NCBI GenBank assembly: GCA_944389525.1
Contig: CALXMR010000001.1
Span: 228,658-292,657 of the forward strand
Length of the DNA: 64,000 nucleotides
Reading direction: 5' to 3'
Origin: an uncultured Alphaproteobacteria bacterium
GTDB lineage: Bacteria > Pseudomonadota > Alphaproteobacteria > Rs-D84
Below, in pieces: positions 22,103 through 32,692 of this stretch (its first letter is position 1; each line of letters starts with the position of its first letter). Position numbers and translations under genes: made by a program. The notes beneath the pieces were generated by a model that saw nothing but the letters and a program-made list of their open reading frames with translations, was not told where the DNA came from and searched no databases.

Positions 22103-23392
22103 TTACTTTTTCTTGCGAATAATATCAACGACTTTTTTACCAAATCCGTATGTGTTTTTGCCCAGTCTTTTAACATCGTCACCAAATTTTTTACCGAAAC
22201 TGGTATCGATTTTTCCACCAATATCTTCTGTGGCGATTTTGTCGGCACGATTTGCCAGATATGCAACCAGACAACCCGTCAACAATGTTATAATAAACCC
22301 ATCATTTTCCAGCGTTGGGATTTCTGACGCCAGATTTGCATCCACTGTGCCTGATAACAATGCTGCACACACGGCGATAACAATAGATAATGATACAAAA
22401 TATATTGCCGCATCAATAAAGCGTTGGATTTGACGCGACAGTGATTCTGGTTTAAACAGTCCTAAAAATCCGTTAAAGATATCACCGGCGATACCCTTGT
22501 ATGATGTTGATTTTATTGTTTCTGCGATTGCGGTAAATGGCAACATTAATACACTTAAAAACAAATCCATAATAACGCCCAGCCCCATCAACAAAAACTT
22601 AAACCCGGTATATAAAAATATCACAATAAATGTGGCGCCAACCAGTACTGTAAATGCACTGGTGCCAATGCCTGCAATCATCCATTTCCATCCCGCCACC
22701 ACCGCTGTTGTAAAAAATCCAGACAGTCGCGTTGGAACGCACAGTATATCTGCGGCGGCATTTGCATCAATTAACATGTTCCCCGATGTATTTGCTGCGG
22801 CATAATCGCGTATCGCCGCGCATGTATCGGGCAATTCTGTGCCAATTGCACCAGCTATTGCATTTAAAATTAAATTTGACATATATGTACCAACACTGAT
22901 GATTGGCCCCATGATCCACATAAACACCTGGGTTGGTCCGAATTGTAATATAATGGACCATATTATAATTACGCCACCTTTTTTGAACAAATTTACTGCG
23001 AAATCCATTGCGCTGGAACCGTTTTTCATCATATTGTATGCTTCAAATATCGACCAGAAAATATATGCGATAATCATAAATATGATTGCGAACCGCACCA
23101 GCGAAGAATCCAATACATCGGCAACGATTGAAAATCCATTCATCATTGCCAGACCAATTTTCGCCTCGAACGGGACATAATCCGAAACAATTGGTTTTGG
23201 TTGAAATTGTTCAATATCGCTGGTCATCCTTAGTTTAAACAACTCGATATTGTCGGCGGTTGCCCAATTGCCGTGATCGCCAACATCTGCCATTGGCAGA
23301 TTAGATGCCGCATATGTTGCGCATGGCATAACGATAACCATGGTAATCACGGCAACAATTATTTTGGCAAAGATGCGTTTTAGTGTGTTCAT
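22103..23392 (-). CDS. Polytopic membrane protein, paralog E of a tandem array (possible VirB6/TrbL-like)
   Basis: 429 aa. N-terminal signal/TM, at least six TM helices, a central loop with paired Cys, and a Lys-rich C-tail (GKKFGDDVKRLGKNTYGFGKKVVDIIRKKK). It abuts the next gene (23392). Confidence 0.5.
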   Translation of the reverse strand: MNTLKRIFAKIIVAVITMVIVMPCATYAASNLPMADVGDHGNWATADNIELFKLRMTSDIEQFQPKPIVSDYVPFEAKIGLAMMNGFSIVADVLDSSLVRFAIIFMIIAYIFWSIFEAYNMMKNGSSAMDFAVNLFKKGGVIIIWSIILQFGPTQVFMWIMGPIISVGTYMSNLILNAIAGAIGTELPDTCAAIRDYAAANTSGNMLIDANAAADILCVPTRLSGFFTTAVVAGWKWMIAGIGTSAFTVLVGATFIVIFLYTGFKFLLMGLGVIMDLFLSVLMLPFTAIAETIKSTSYKGIAGDIFNGFLGLFKPESLSRQIQRFIDAAIYFVSLSIVIAVCAALLSGTVDANLASEIPTLENDGFIITLLTGCLVAYLANRADKIATEDIGGKIDTSFGKKFGDDVKRLGKNTYGFGKKVVDIIRKKK

Positions 23393-24831
23393 TAATCTTT
23401 TTTTCCTGTGGCCTTGGCCACGGCATCAAATATTTGTTGTGGCGCAGACCAGATTTTTTTACCCAGTCCTTTGGCCCAGTTACCAAAATCAAATTCTTCT
23501 TTGCCGCCCCCGGTTATTATTGCATCAACCTTTGGTTTTATTCCATAGAAATACAACAAGAACAGACCAAACATTAATACCAAGAAATCCCACCCGTCAT
23601 CCATAAAATCAAACGCATGTGGATATTCGCGTTCAACAGCGGCGCGCTGTGCGGTGAAACAGGCTTTGAACTTATCCGCATCCATTTCGCCATCTGCTGT
23701 TGCAACGCGTTCACATGTTGAAAATACATTCATAACGGTTAAAGTCTGGGCGTCTGGATTTTCGACCTGATGCCCCATTAATGGTGGCAGAACCGCACTG
23801 TATCCATCGCGTGGCCCAGGAAAGTATGCATCCGCGGCATAGGCAACTATTGCGTATGTAATCAAAACTTTCAGTGTGATACTGACAATCTGCACAGCGG
23901 ATTTTACCAACATATTTATTGCGGATTTCACAACCCCATCGGCCAGTTTCCATGTCTTTTCAAATGCCGCGGCCGCCAATAATAACGGCAAGAATATAAT
24001 CAAAAACACTAACTTGAACACAACAGACAGAATTTGAAATACTAAATCAAATCCGATGACCAAGAACATCAACACTAACGCCAGGCCGGCAAGCCATGTA
24101 AATGCGCCGCCCCCCAACCCCATCCATGCATAGTTCATCAATGAAAAACCGCCCGCTGCCCCGGCCAGCATAACGCTGTTTATATTTCCCATCACACACA
24201 TGAATGGTTGCAAAATAGGATTTAGTATATCGTCTGTTTCATCTGTGGTGACCAATGCGCCACATGTCGCCGCATCAGATATACCTGTTGCCGCCATTGA
24301 TAATTCGGCACCAACAAACAATACTGGTGTGATTGTGATATTAGCAACAGTTTTTAATGCCGCGGTTCCCCCCATGCCCAGCGCGCCCATCAATGCGCCG
24401 ACAATCATTACACGCGCACCCTGGCGCCAGACGGCGTCAAACCATTTCCCAAATTCCAATTTTTTTTCTGCTGTGTCCAGTGTGGCGGTTGTTTTTGCCG
24501 CATCAAAAATGGTTTTCGCAGTATGTATTATCAAAAACAATCCGAATCCAATCGCCATCAGAATCCAGATGTTATCCACCATCGCATTCCAGAACATTTC
24601 AGCCGCCCGGCCAATTACTGCAAATAACTCTGCAATATATCCGCACAAAAAACAACCATTGGCCGATGCGATGTCGCCATTTTCAACACCAATTGCCCCC
24701 AAAAATCCGCCCATACTGGTATATGTTAATGACGCACCACTAAGTGATGATGACAAATACCAAATACCGATACCCAACGCAATTGCGCCCATTAAAAAGC
24801 GTATGGCAATAGATATCAGCGTTGCTTTCAT
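23392..24831 (-). CDS. Polytopic membrane protein, paralog C (possible VirB6/TrbL-like)
   Basis: 479 aa. A signal-like N-terminus, the motif NGCFLCGYIAELF just before a TM helix, at least seven TM helices, a Lys-rich tail. Its start overlaps the upstream gene by 4 nt. Confidence 0.5.
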   Translation of the reverse strand: MKATLISIAIRFLMGAIALGIGIWYLSSSLSGASLTYTSMGGFLGAIGVENGDIASANGCFLCGYIAELFAVIGRAAEMFWNAMVDNIWILMAIGFGLFLIIHTAKTIFDAAKTTATLDTAEKKLEFGKWFDAVWRQGARVMIVGALMGALGMGGTAALKTVANITITPVLFVGAELSMAATGISDAATCGALVTTDETDDILNPILQPFMCVMGNINSVMLAGAAGGFSLMNYAWMGLGGGAFTWLAGLALVLMFLVIGFDLVFQILSVVFKLVFLIIFLPLLLAAAAFEKTWKLADGVVKSAINMLVKSAVQIVSITLKVLITYAIVAYAADAYFPGPRDGYSAVLPPLMGHQVENPDAQTLTVMNVFSTCERVATADGEMDADKFKACFTAQRAAVEREYPHAFDFMDDGWDFLVLMFGLFLLYFYGIKPKVDAIITGGGKEEFDFGNWAKGLGKKIWSAPQQIFDAVAKATGKKD

Positions 24832-26102
24832 TTTGTTGTGCTGCCTTTTTTATCACCAGATTTATCATCAGATTTAGCGCCAGGTTTATCACCGGATTTG
24901 TCACCTGATTTATCGTCTGTATTTCCGCCCGATATAATTATTTTTCCCGCCTTTTTAACGCTTTTAATAATATTTGATGTCAGTTTCATTGTACCATCTG
25001 CCAGTTCTTCAGATAATTGATTTTCTTGTGATACACCAAACGAATCCAACACCATTTGTGTCACTGTTGGAATTTGTGCGTACAGAAAGTTTAACACATA
25101 AACCAAGATTATGCACCCACCCAGTGTAATTGCGGCTAGATTATCTTCGGATAAATCACCGGCAAATATTTCACCACTGGTAATCAAAGTCATGATATCG
25201 GTCGCGCTTTGTCCCGGGGCAGAAAAGAATTTTGCAATAATTACCATAATAACGGTATATGTCAGCACCGCCGCCGCCAACGCGATAATGGAATTTATCA
25301 GTTTTTTAAATTGGTCTGTTCCAACATCCTTGCCCAGATTTGAAATCCATGATGGTGCGTCCGCGCCCTTGAACGCGACCAGAATCAAAGACAAAGGAAA
25401 CAAGAACGCAAAGAATGTCATCGCAACAATTATATCCGCAAAATAACAGCAAAATCGCCAGAATAATTTAAAGAACGCATACGCCAGATATAACCCGATA
25501 AAGAATAAAATAATATGCTTTATCAGCGCGCCAACGCCCAACAGCGCAGACAGCGAAAACGCCTTGTCCATTATTGCGATTCCCAATTTTATGTACGATT
25601 GAAATTGGGTAATAGTTGTTTTCATCAGCATAATAATACTGTCGCGCAGTTCTGGCCGGAAAAATCCATCATCAGATATTTCCATTGGTTGATATGTTAC
25701 GCGTTCATTCACTGTTTCTGAATCTGTTTGTAACATACTTTGCGTATATATCAGTGTAATATTGGCAACAGGTTCGAATGTAATTGATGAAACAAATCGT
25801 GGCAGGTAGACCCCCATACTAAGAAACGCCAACGACACCAATGAATTTATGATAACTGGTTTTAACGATTTTTGATACAGTGGGTCTGTGATTTTTCCAT
25901 CTTTATCACCTTTGAGATTTTTCCATACGGCATTTATCACAAAGAACGCAAACAGCACACAAAATATTATCGCACAGAATACGGCAAATTGATCATACAC
26001 TGCGGCGGCGGCATTTGAAATGATAACAAACAGTCGGTCAAACACCGGACAGCCCCAACACTGTACCGCAGAATCGACCAAAGGATTTAGAATATTGTTC
26101 AT
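24828..26102 (-). CDS. Polytopic membrane protein, paralog B (possible VirB6/TrbL-like) with a C-terminal (SGDK)n repeat tail
   Basis: 424 aa. CWGCPVFDRLF motif, multiple TM helices, and a tail NTDDKSGDKSGDKPGAKSDDKSGDKKGSTTK. It overlaps the upstream gene by 4 nt. Confidence 0.5.
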   Translation of the reverse strand: MNNILNPLVDSAVQCWGCPVFDRLFVIISNAAAAVYDQFAVFCAIIFCVLFAFFVINAVWKNLKGDKDGKITDPLYQKSLKPVIINSLVSLAFLSMGVYLPRFVSSITFEPVANITLIYTQSMLQTDSETVNERVTYQPMEISDDGFFRPELRDSIIMLMKTTITQFQSYIKLGIAIMDKAFSLSALLGVGALIKHIILFFIGLYLAYAFFKLFWRFCCYFADIIVAMTFFAFLFPLSLILVAFKGADAPSWISNLGKDVGTDQFKKLINSIIALAAAVLTYTVIMVIIAKFFSAPGQSATDIMTLITSGEIFAGDLSEDNLAAITLGGCIILVYVLNFLYAQIPTVTQMVLDSFGVSQENQLSEELADGTMKLTSNIIKSVKKAGKIIISGGNTDDKSGDKSGDKPGAKSDDKSGDKKGSTTK

Positions 26103-27388
26103 TTCTTTTTAATCCACCCGATTGCTGTGCCAATTGATTTTTTAATATTACCGGCTGTTTTAATCATAATTTTACTGTCTGATTTAACCTGGTTATACAG
26201 GTTATCCATACCCTTGCCGACATAGTTATCCAGTTGTTCGCGCGTCAGTTTAAATATACGCAGCATCAAATAGAATGTCAGTATCGCAGACAGCCATAAT
26301 ACCGAATGTTGCCCAAATCCCATTGCACTGTGTGCCACCTGGGGAACATTAGACGATGCCGCCCCACCGGCCGCCACAACAAATACAGACGATGACCATT
26401 GAAACAGCGCCCTGATAACAGCGATATTCACGCACAAAATAAACGCGCACGCAATCATCGTGATAACCAGTTTTTGCAATGCCTTGGTTATGCCACCAAA
26501 CGCCGGCCATATATCGAACCATTTATCACTGGGTTTTATTACATAGGTCAGCACCTGGAACGGATACAGAATCAACGCCATTCCGAAATTAAATATTGCC
26601 TGGATAATTAACAGTGCCATAAATAAATTACTGGCGACAAAGGTAAATACCAGCAATATTCCCGTAACCAGATTCAAGAAATCTTCGCCACCATGTGGAA
26701 CCAGTGTAATCAACCCACGCAACCCGGTCGTGATAAATTGGAATCCGCGCTTTATAATTTGATTGTTTGCGTGCGATATCTCGGATACAGGCTGTACCAA
26801 GAATTCGCAACTTTCTTTGGAAATCCAACCTTGGTCAATAACAGACTGGGGGCATTCAATTTTTGGTGCGGCCGATGTACCGGCGTTTATGGTGTCTGTG
26901 ATGCTTTCTGTATAAATTGCACCGAATTGCAAAAATGGATTAACCAGCCATTCTGTCAGATATACCGGCCGTAATTGTAACAATACGGCCGCGGCGATGA
27001 TTGCACGAATTCCGGGCTTTAATAAGTTTGTGGCGATTGTAAAGCTGCCGATACCTTCGTACATTTCGCCGCCGCCAGAAAAACCAAAGAATGACACCCA
27101 CATTTTTGGAAAATACATTTTTATCAGATATAACGCCATACTGACGGCCAAGAATCCCCAAACCAATATGTAAATAATTCCATCGCCGTTGCCGACAAAG
27201 AATTCGTATCCACCCGATGCGATTGTCATCAACGCGTCCAAGATTGTCGGAATCAGTGGTGCCAGATTTAATGCATCGACAATATTTCCATCGGCACCAA
27301 ACGCAAATCCTGGTACAAAAATCACCGCCATTACAACCATTGCGGCACGCAAAAATATATGAAAAAAATTGCGTTTCAGGAAAAACAT
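26099..27388 (-). CDS. Polytopic membrane protein, paralog A, first gene of the minus-strand array
   Basis: 429 aa. Signal peptide MVVMAVIFVPGFAFGADG, multiple TM helices, and a Lys-rich tail. Confidence 0.5.
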   Translation of the reverse strand: MFFLKRNFFHIFLRAAMVVMAVIFVPGFAFGADGNIVDALNLAPLIPTILDALMTIASGGYEFFVGNGDGIIYILVWGFLAVSMALYLIKMYFPKMWVSFFGFSGGGEMYEGIGSFTIATNLLKPGIRAIIAAAVLLQLRPVYLTEWLVNPFLQFGAIYTESITDTINAGTSAAPKIECPQSVIDQGWISKESCEFLVQPVSEISHANNQIIKRGFQFITTGLRGLITLVPHGGEDFLNLVTGILLVFTFVASNLFMALLIIQAIFNFGMALILYPFQVLTYVIKPSDKWFDIWPAFGGITKALQKLVITMIACAFILCVNIAVIRALFQWSSSVFVVAAGGAASSNVPQVAHSAMGFGQHSVLWLSAILTFYLMLRIFKLTREQLDNYVGKGMDNLYNQVKSDSKIMIKTAGNIKKSIGTAIGWIKKK

Positions 27389-27457
27389 TCTCTCGCTTGT
27401 TATTTTATCTTTTCAATTATATCACATTTCAGGCAAAATATGATATACTTAAAAACA

Positions 27458-28747
27458 ATGAGCAAGTTAAAAAAATTCTGGATAGTTTTTTTATCGTTCT
27501 TGCCTTTTTCGGCGGGCGCGGTGGCACCATTTGTTGTTGGTGCGATTGCCGGTGTCGGTGTAATTGCCGGATTTTCGATATACAGAACGACTGTGCCGGT
27601 TGATATGGCGGGTGCCATGAATTTCTTTTCCAGTTGTTGGTCGTGCCAGATGTTTTCAGATATTATGGCGACAATGTCTGGATTATTGCCGCGTGTATAT
27701 AATGCGATTGGCGCGGCGGTATTACCATTTTGTGCGGGTTTGATGGCGATTTGGTTTGCGTGGAAATTATTTTCGGGATTTATAAATTCAAAGGTCGAAG
27801 AACCATGGTCAATCGTCAGCGATTTTGGCACAAAGTTCATAAAATTGGCATTTGTTGGTGCGCTGGTTATGGTGCCACTGCCGCGAATGTTGACCGATAT
27901 TGTGATTGAACCAATATTTAATGTCGGATTATCGCTGAACAGGGTTGTGGCTGGCAATGACGAATTTGCCAAGTGTGTTGTCGCAACCGCCATTGCCGAC
28001 CCCGTTTCGGTCAGCAGTGCGGCCGCGGCAGATGGGGCGTTTTCACCGCGCCTGCGACACAACCTGGCGTGCGAGATTGCAAATGTTCATCAGATGACCG
28101 GATTGGGTATGACAGTCGGTTGGACCATGCTGAATATGGCATTTGATTCAGAATATATGCACAAAATTATGTGGGAAATTCCGATTTTTCCAAATGTGCC
28201 GATTTTCTTTGCCGGGCTGCTGATACTGGTATTATTCTTTTTTGCATTGATACCAGTGCCATTGTATTTCCTAGAAGTGTTTATAACCCTGGCCATGGAT
28301 TTGATAATGTTGCCATTTATGTTGATGTCGTGGCTGTTTCGGGGCTGGGGAATATTCCCCAACGGCGGGCGCAATATACAAAACATGATAGATGATGTTA
28401 TCAAGGCAACAGCGGGTATCGCGCTGGTTGGGGTATTTGTCACATTTTCAATAATGTTTTTAAATGCGATATTCGGTCAATGGGACGGTGCAAACAGATT
28501 GGAATTAGCGATGCAGCAAAATGACCCCACAATATTGATGGATGGTTTGATGATGCGTAACGACAGTATTATAACGATTCTGTTGATGGGAATATTTATG
28601 GCGATGTTCATGACAATGATACCGACATTGGTAAAAACATTGTTTGCGAATGTTAAAATCCCAACAGACGCATACGAAACAGCCAAAAGAGATCTGAAAA
28701 TCCTGCAAAAAAGGGTGCAAAAATGGTACGAATCACTAAAAAAATAA
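27458..28747 (+). CDS. Polytopic membrane protein, paralog D, divergently transcribed from the array
   Basis: Start taken at MSKLKKFWIVFLSFLPFSAGA (signal peptide). CWSCQMFSDIM motif like paralogs B and C, at least eight TM helices, a basic C-tail. Confidence 0.5.
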   Translation: MSKLKKFWIVFLSFLPFSAGAVAPFVVGAIAGVGVIAGFSIYRTTVPVDMAGAMNFFSSCWSCQMFSDIMATMSGLLPRVYNAIGAAVLPFCAGLMAIWFAWKLFSGFINSKVEEPWSIVSDFGTKFIKLAFVGALVMVPLPRMLTDIVIEPIFNVGLSLNRVVAGNDEFAKCVVATAIADPVSVSSAAAADGAFSPRLRHNLACEIANVHQMTGLGMTVGWTMLNMAFDSEYMHKIMWEIPIFPNVPIFFAGLLILVLFFFALIPVPLYFLEVFITLAMDLIMLPFMLMSWLFRGWGIFPNGGRNIQNMIDDVIKATAGIALVGVFVTFSIMFLNAIFGQWDGANRLELAMQQNDPTILMDGLMMRNDSIITILLMGIFMAMFMTMIPTLVKTLFANVKIPTDAYETAKRDLKILQKRVQKWYESLKK

Positions 28748-28815
28748 AAAATCAAGTGCTTTATTTAACTTCGTCCCCTTTTTTGTGTACGCCGAATCTG
28801 ATATAATTCATAGCA

Positions 28816-29328
28816 ATGAAGCAGTTTCCGATTCTTTATTGGCCGCGCAAGACAACCGCTGATAATGATTACCAGCTGGCGCGCAAGGTTATAAACAATG
28901 CCACCGGCGTTATGCCAGATGTTTTAACCGGTGAACTGGATTTAGTGGGATTTTTGTCTGAAAATCCTAATGCAACAGTATATTATCCGGTTTTTTGCGA
29001 ATCGACAGGTTGGTGGGGTGAATTATTGGGCGCACCGGCCATGGTGACAGATAAAATGATTATTTCCCCAGAATGCCAGTTGATGGTTATTGAATCTGCA
29101 AAAAATGCATCGCGCGGGCGCGGAAAAAATCAATTGTTGGCGGCAGAAATCTATCCGACCAGCGGATTTTTCAAAAAAATGAATTCTGGAATTGCGACCG
29201 TGGCGGATATGTTGGCAACAGATGCGGGCACAATATTGGCACTGTTTTCCGGAAAAAGCCAAAGCCAATTTGTAAACATTCTGGAATCGACCGGTAATTC
29301 ATATTTGGGGTGTATCGGTCGTTTTTAG
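28816..29328 (+). CDS. Hypothetical protein
   Basis: 170-aa ORF, no signal peptide, no recognisable motif. Confidence 0.4.
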   Translation: MKQFPILYWPRKTTADNDYQLARKVINNATGVMPDVLTGELDLVGFLSENPNATVYYPVFCESTGWWGELLGAPAMVTDKMIISPECQLMVIESAKNASRGRGKNQLLAAEIYPTSGFFKKMNSGIATVADMLATDAGTILALFSGKSQSQFVNILESTGNSYLGCIGRF

Positions 29329-29416
29329 TGTATAATGTGCTATTATTGCTTGATTTCTGGAAAAATGATTGTATAATTTTCGGGCTTTATGATGTTTAAA
29401 TAAAAAGGGTAATACG

Positions 29417-29629
29417 ATGAAAAAAGGAATTCATCCAGAATATCATGAAATCAATGTCACAATGACAGATGGCAACACGGTAAAAATGTATTCATCTGTG
29501 AAAAAGGACTTGGTTTTGTCTACGGATAACTTGAACCATTCTGCATGGACCGGCCAACGCAGCAATGCGGGCGAAAAGGGTCAACGCGCGGCCAAGTTCA
29601 AGAACAAATTTGCCGGGTTCAAGTTCTAA
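29417..29629 (+). CDS. rpmE: 50S ribosomal protein L31
   Basis: MKKGIHPEYHEINVTMTDGNTVKMYS... 70 aa. Confidence 0.9.
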   Translation: MKKGIHPEYHEINVTMTDGNTVKMYSSVKKDLVLSTDNLNHSAWTGQRSNAGEKGQRAAKFKNKFAGFKF

Positions 29630-29656
29630 ACAATCTGAAAATATCGGGGATGCACG

Positions 29657-30361
29657 ATGGATTTGTTAATCAAGGGCTCGATTGAACTGAATAAAATGTT
29701 CATGGCGTTACAGCGGACGGCATCCGGTCTGCGTCATGATTTCGGCGAAGTTGAAAACTTGCAACAGTCCTTGCGTGGTGCGCGCGATTTTGTGGCCAAG
29801 GCATCGGCCCGAATCGAAGAAAGTATATTATCAGACTTGTTGCTGGTGCGGCCATCGGCGGGACTGTTGACCCAGAATGTTACGCACGATGGCGATGGGC
29901 GTGATGAATTTGTTCTGTCATTTTCTGGGGCGGCAAATTTTGTCCGTGCAAATCCGCATTTTGCGATATCGTTGGCACTGCGTTCGGGGGACGAAACGAA
30001 AATCGGACTGGTATATTCCCCAATTGACGAACGTTTATATTATGCGGAATTGGGTCGTGGCGCGTATGTGTTTTCTGCGTTTCATTCGGCGCGCACCCGT
30101 GTTTCTAATTTATCAGAACCGTCTGATTTAACAGTTGCATATAACACATCAGATGTGCGTCATACGATTGGCGATGTTCGCCGCACTGGGTGCCCGGCAT
30201 TGGATTTGGCATGGGTGGCATCTGGGAAATTTGATGCGTTCGTGTCTGATCCGTTGGACTTTGCAGAAATTGCGGCGGGTGATTTATTAGTCCGCGAGGC
30301 GGGCGGAAAAATATCCATGACCGCCGATTTAATCGCCACCAACGGCAAGGTTGAATTGTAA
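29657..30361 (+). CDS. Inositol monophosphatase-family protein (divergent)
   Basis: 234 aa. The C-terminal LDLAWVASGKFDAFVSDPLDFAEIAAGDLLVREAGG resembles the IMPase WD.AAG region. The N-terminal metal-binding motifs are degenerate. Confidence 0.5.
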   Translation: MDLLIKGSIELNKMFMALQRTASGLRHDFGEVENLQQSLRGARDFVAKASARIEESILSDLLLVRPSAGLLTQNVTHDGDGRDEFVLSFSGAANFVRANPHFAISLALRSGDETKIGLVYSPIDERLYYAELGRGAYVFSAFHSARTRVSNLSEPSDLTVAYNTSDVRHTIGDVRRTGCPALDLAWVASGKFDAFVSDPLDFAEIAAGDLLVREAGGKISMTADLIATNGKVEL

Positions 30362-30385
30362 AAAAATAAATATAAAAATAAAAAA

Positions 30386-30413
30386 ATCCCGCAAATGCGG
30401 GGTTATTTTTTTG
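30386..30413 (+). terminator. Rho-independent terminator
   Basis: aaatcccgcaaatgcggggttattttttt. Confidence 0.7.
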
Positions 30414-30587
30414 GCGACCCGGTAGTGTCTATGCTTTTCAGGAGAGAGAAACATAACCCACACCATTTGTTACCGGGTCATTGAAAACCTGTTCTGCCGA
30501 ATTGTAGCAAATTTTTTATAAAAATCCAGAAAATAAAATACACAAAACTTGCAAATATGCAACAAATATTTTAAGATTCACCAGGAT

Positions 30588-32636
30588 ATGAAACTTAAAA
30601 AAACATTACGCGTTTTTCTGAATATTTTATTTTGGGGCTTTACACTGTCTGTGGCGGCCTTGGCGGTGTTGTTATTGATATATGGTAATGATTTACCTGA
30701 TTACAAGAAACTGGCAACATACGCACCACCGGTTGCAACGCGTCTGTATGCATCCGACGGCAGTTTGTTGATTGAATACGCCGAAGAACGGCGTGTGTTT
30801 ATCGATTTTGCAGATATGCCGCCGCAATTAGTAAATGCGTTTGTTGCCGCCGAAGATCAAAATTTCTGGACGCATCCCGGCATTGATATCCAGGGAATAA
30901 CCCGTGCGCTGGTGAATAATGGCATGCATATGCTGGGGTTTGATGCGCGTTTTTCTGGGGCATCGACCATCACGCAACAGGTTGCAAAAAATTTCTTTTT
31001 AACATCCGAACGCACATTATCGCGCAAGATAAAAGAGGCGATTTTAGCCATGCGTTTGGAACGCACTTTTTCAAAACAGCATATAATGACCCTGTATTTA
31101 AACCAGATATTCTTGGGTGCACGCGCATATGGGGTGGGGTCGGCGGCACTGATGTATTTTAATAAACCGGTGTCCGAATTGACGCTGGCGGAATGCGCGT
31201 TCTTGGCATCCTTGCCAAAGGCGCCAAATAATCGTGACCGCGCGGTTGAACGCCGGAATTATGTTCTGCGCCGTATGGTAGAAGAAGGATATATAACCCA
31301 GGCAGATGCCGATGCCGCGGCGGCTGAACCATTGAATATCAACAGTGGCTTTACCGCGCAAATGGCGGACGAATTCCAATATTTTGCCGAAGATGTTCGC
31401 CGCCAGCTGTTAAACACATTGGGTCGCGAAACATTGTATAACCAGGGTCTGTACATAAAAACAACGATTGTCCCAGAATTACAGCGTGCGGCATCGGCGG
31501 CACTGAACAAAGAACTGGATCGATATAATTCTGTACGCGGCGAAAACGAACCAAAATTACAGGGCGCGATTATTGTGATGAATCCGCACACGGGGCGCAT
31601 ATTGGCAATGTCTGGCGGACGCAGTTTCGCAGAAAGTTCATTTAATCGCGCGACCCAGGCCATGCGCCAAATAGGCAGCACGATAAAACCATTTGTATAC
31701 CTGGCGGCATTGGAACGCGGCATGTCGCCCCAGGCACTGATACTGGATGCACCGATTGTTGGCTGGCGCGAGGATAATACATTGTGGAAGCCTGAAAACT
31801 ATGACAAGAAATTCTTGGGTGATGTGCCACTGCGGTTGGCGTTGGAAACATCGCGCAATGTCCCAGCGGTGCGTTTGGTACAAAGTCTGGGGGTCGAAAA
31901 CGCCATAGAGGTGGCCCAGCGTTTCGGTGTGTATCCGGCGGATTTAAAAAATATCAATCTGTCGTTGGCGTTGGGGTCGGGCGAAACAACACTGGAACGG
32001 TTGGTTTTGGGGTATTCTGCATTTGTAAATGGGGGGCGCGTGATTCAACCAAAACTGGTCGATTATATCGAAGATAGATATGGTCGCACAATTGATGGCA
32101 ACAGTGTTGAATTACTGGATTGGTCGCCAGATATGCTGCCGCCCCAGCGGATTGATGACACGCAACCACTGTCTGACCCGCAAAGTTTGTACCAGATGGT
32201 ATCTATTTTACAGGGCACGGTTGAACGCGGTACAGGAAAACAGGCGCGTGTGTCGGGGCACACAATTGCGGGCAAAACAGGTACAACAAACGATGTCAAA
32301 GACATCTGGTTTGTGGGGTTTTCCAAAAATTTGATTGCGGGTGTTTACCTGGGGTTTGATACACCACGCCCATTGGGTCGCGGCGCGGGCAGTTATATGG
32401 CCGCGCGTACATTTGCAGACTTTATGTCGGTTGCATTAAAAGATGAAAAGAACCAACCGTTTTCTGTCCCTGATGGGTTAACATTTGTTCGTGTAAATCG
32501 CCGCAGTGGCGCGTCCGCCGCGGATGATCCAAACGGCACAATTATAACCGAAGCGTTCAAGCCCGGCCAACATCCAAATCCGGCCCCGAATGCGGCGGCA
32601 CATGAATCTGGTCCGGCAATTGGCGGTGTATTTTAA
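30588..32636 (+). CDS. mrcA: Penicillin-binding protein 1A (bifunctional transglycosylase/transpeptidase)
   Basis: GT51 motifs EDQNFWTHPGID and RKIKEA; a transpeptidase STIKP-like motif (GSTIKPFVY) and KTGTTND. Confidence 0.9.
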   Translation: MKLKKTLRVFLNILFWGFTLSVAALAVLLLIYGNDLPDYKKLATYAPPVATRLYASDGSLLIEYAEERRVFIDFADMPPQLVNAFVAAEDQNFWTHPGIDIQGITRALVNNGMHMLGFDARFSGASTITQQVAKNFFLTSERTLSRKIKEAILAMRLERTFSKQHIMTLYLNQIFLGARAYGVGSAALMYFNKPVSELTLAECAFLASLPKAPNNRDRAVERRNYVLRRMVEEGYITQADADAAAAEPLNINSGFTAQMADEFQYFAEDVRRQLLNTLGRETLYNQGLYIKTTIVPELQRAASAALNKELDRYNSVRGENEPKLQGAIIVMNPHTGRILAMSGGRSFAESSFNRATQAMRQIGSTIKPFVYLAALERGMSPQALILDAPIVGWREDNTLWKPENYDKKFLGDVPLRLALETSRNVPAVRLVQSLGVENAIEVAQRFGVYPADLKNINLSLALGSGETTLERLVLGYSAFVNGGRVIQPKLVDYIEDRYGRTIDGNSVELLDWSPDMLPPQRIDDTQPLSDPQSLYQMVSILQGTVERGTGKQARVSGHTIAGKTGTTNDVKDIWFVGFSKNLIAGVYLGFDTPRPLGRGAGSYMAARTFADFMSVALKDEKNQPFSVPDGLTFVRVNRRSGASAADDPNGTIITEAFKPGQHPNPAPNAAAHESGPAIGGVF

Positions 32637-32692
32637 TTAAACTTTGCACGAGTTTTATGTTATAATCCCAATAAAAAGACAGGGGGATTTAA

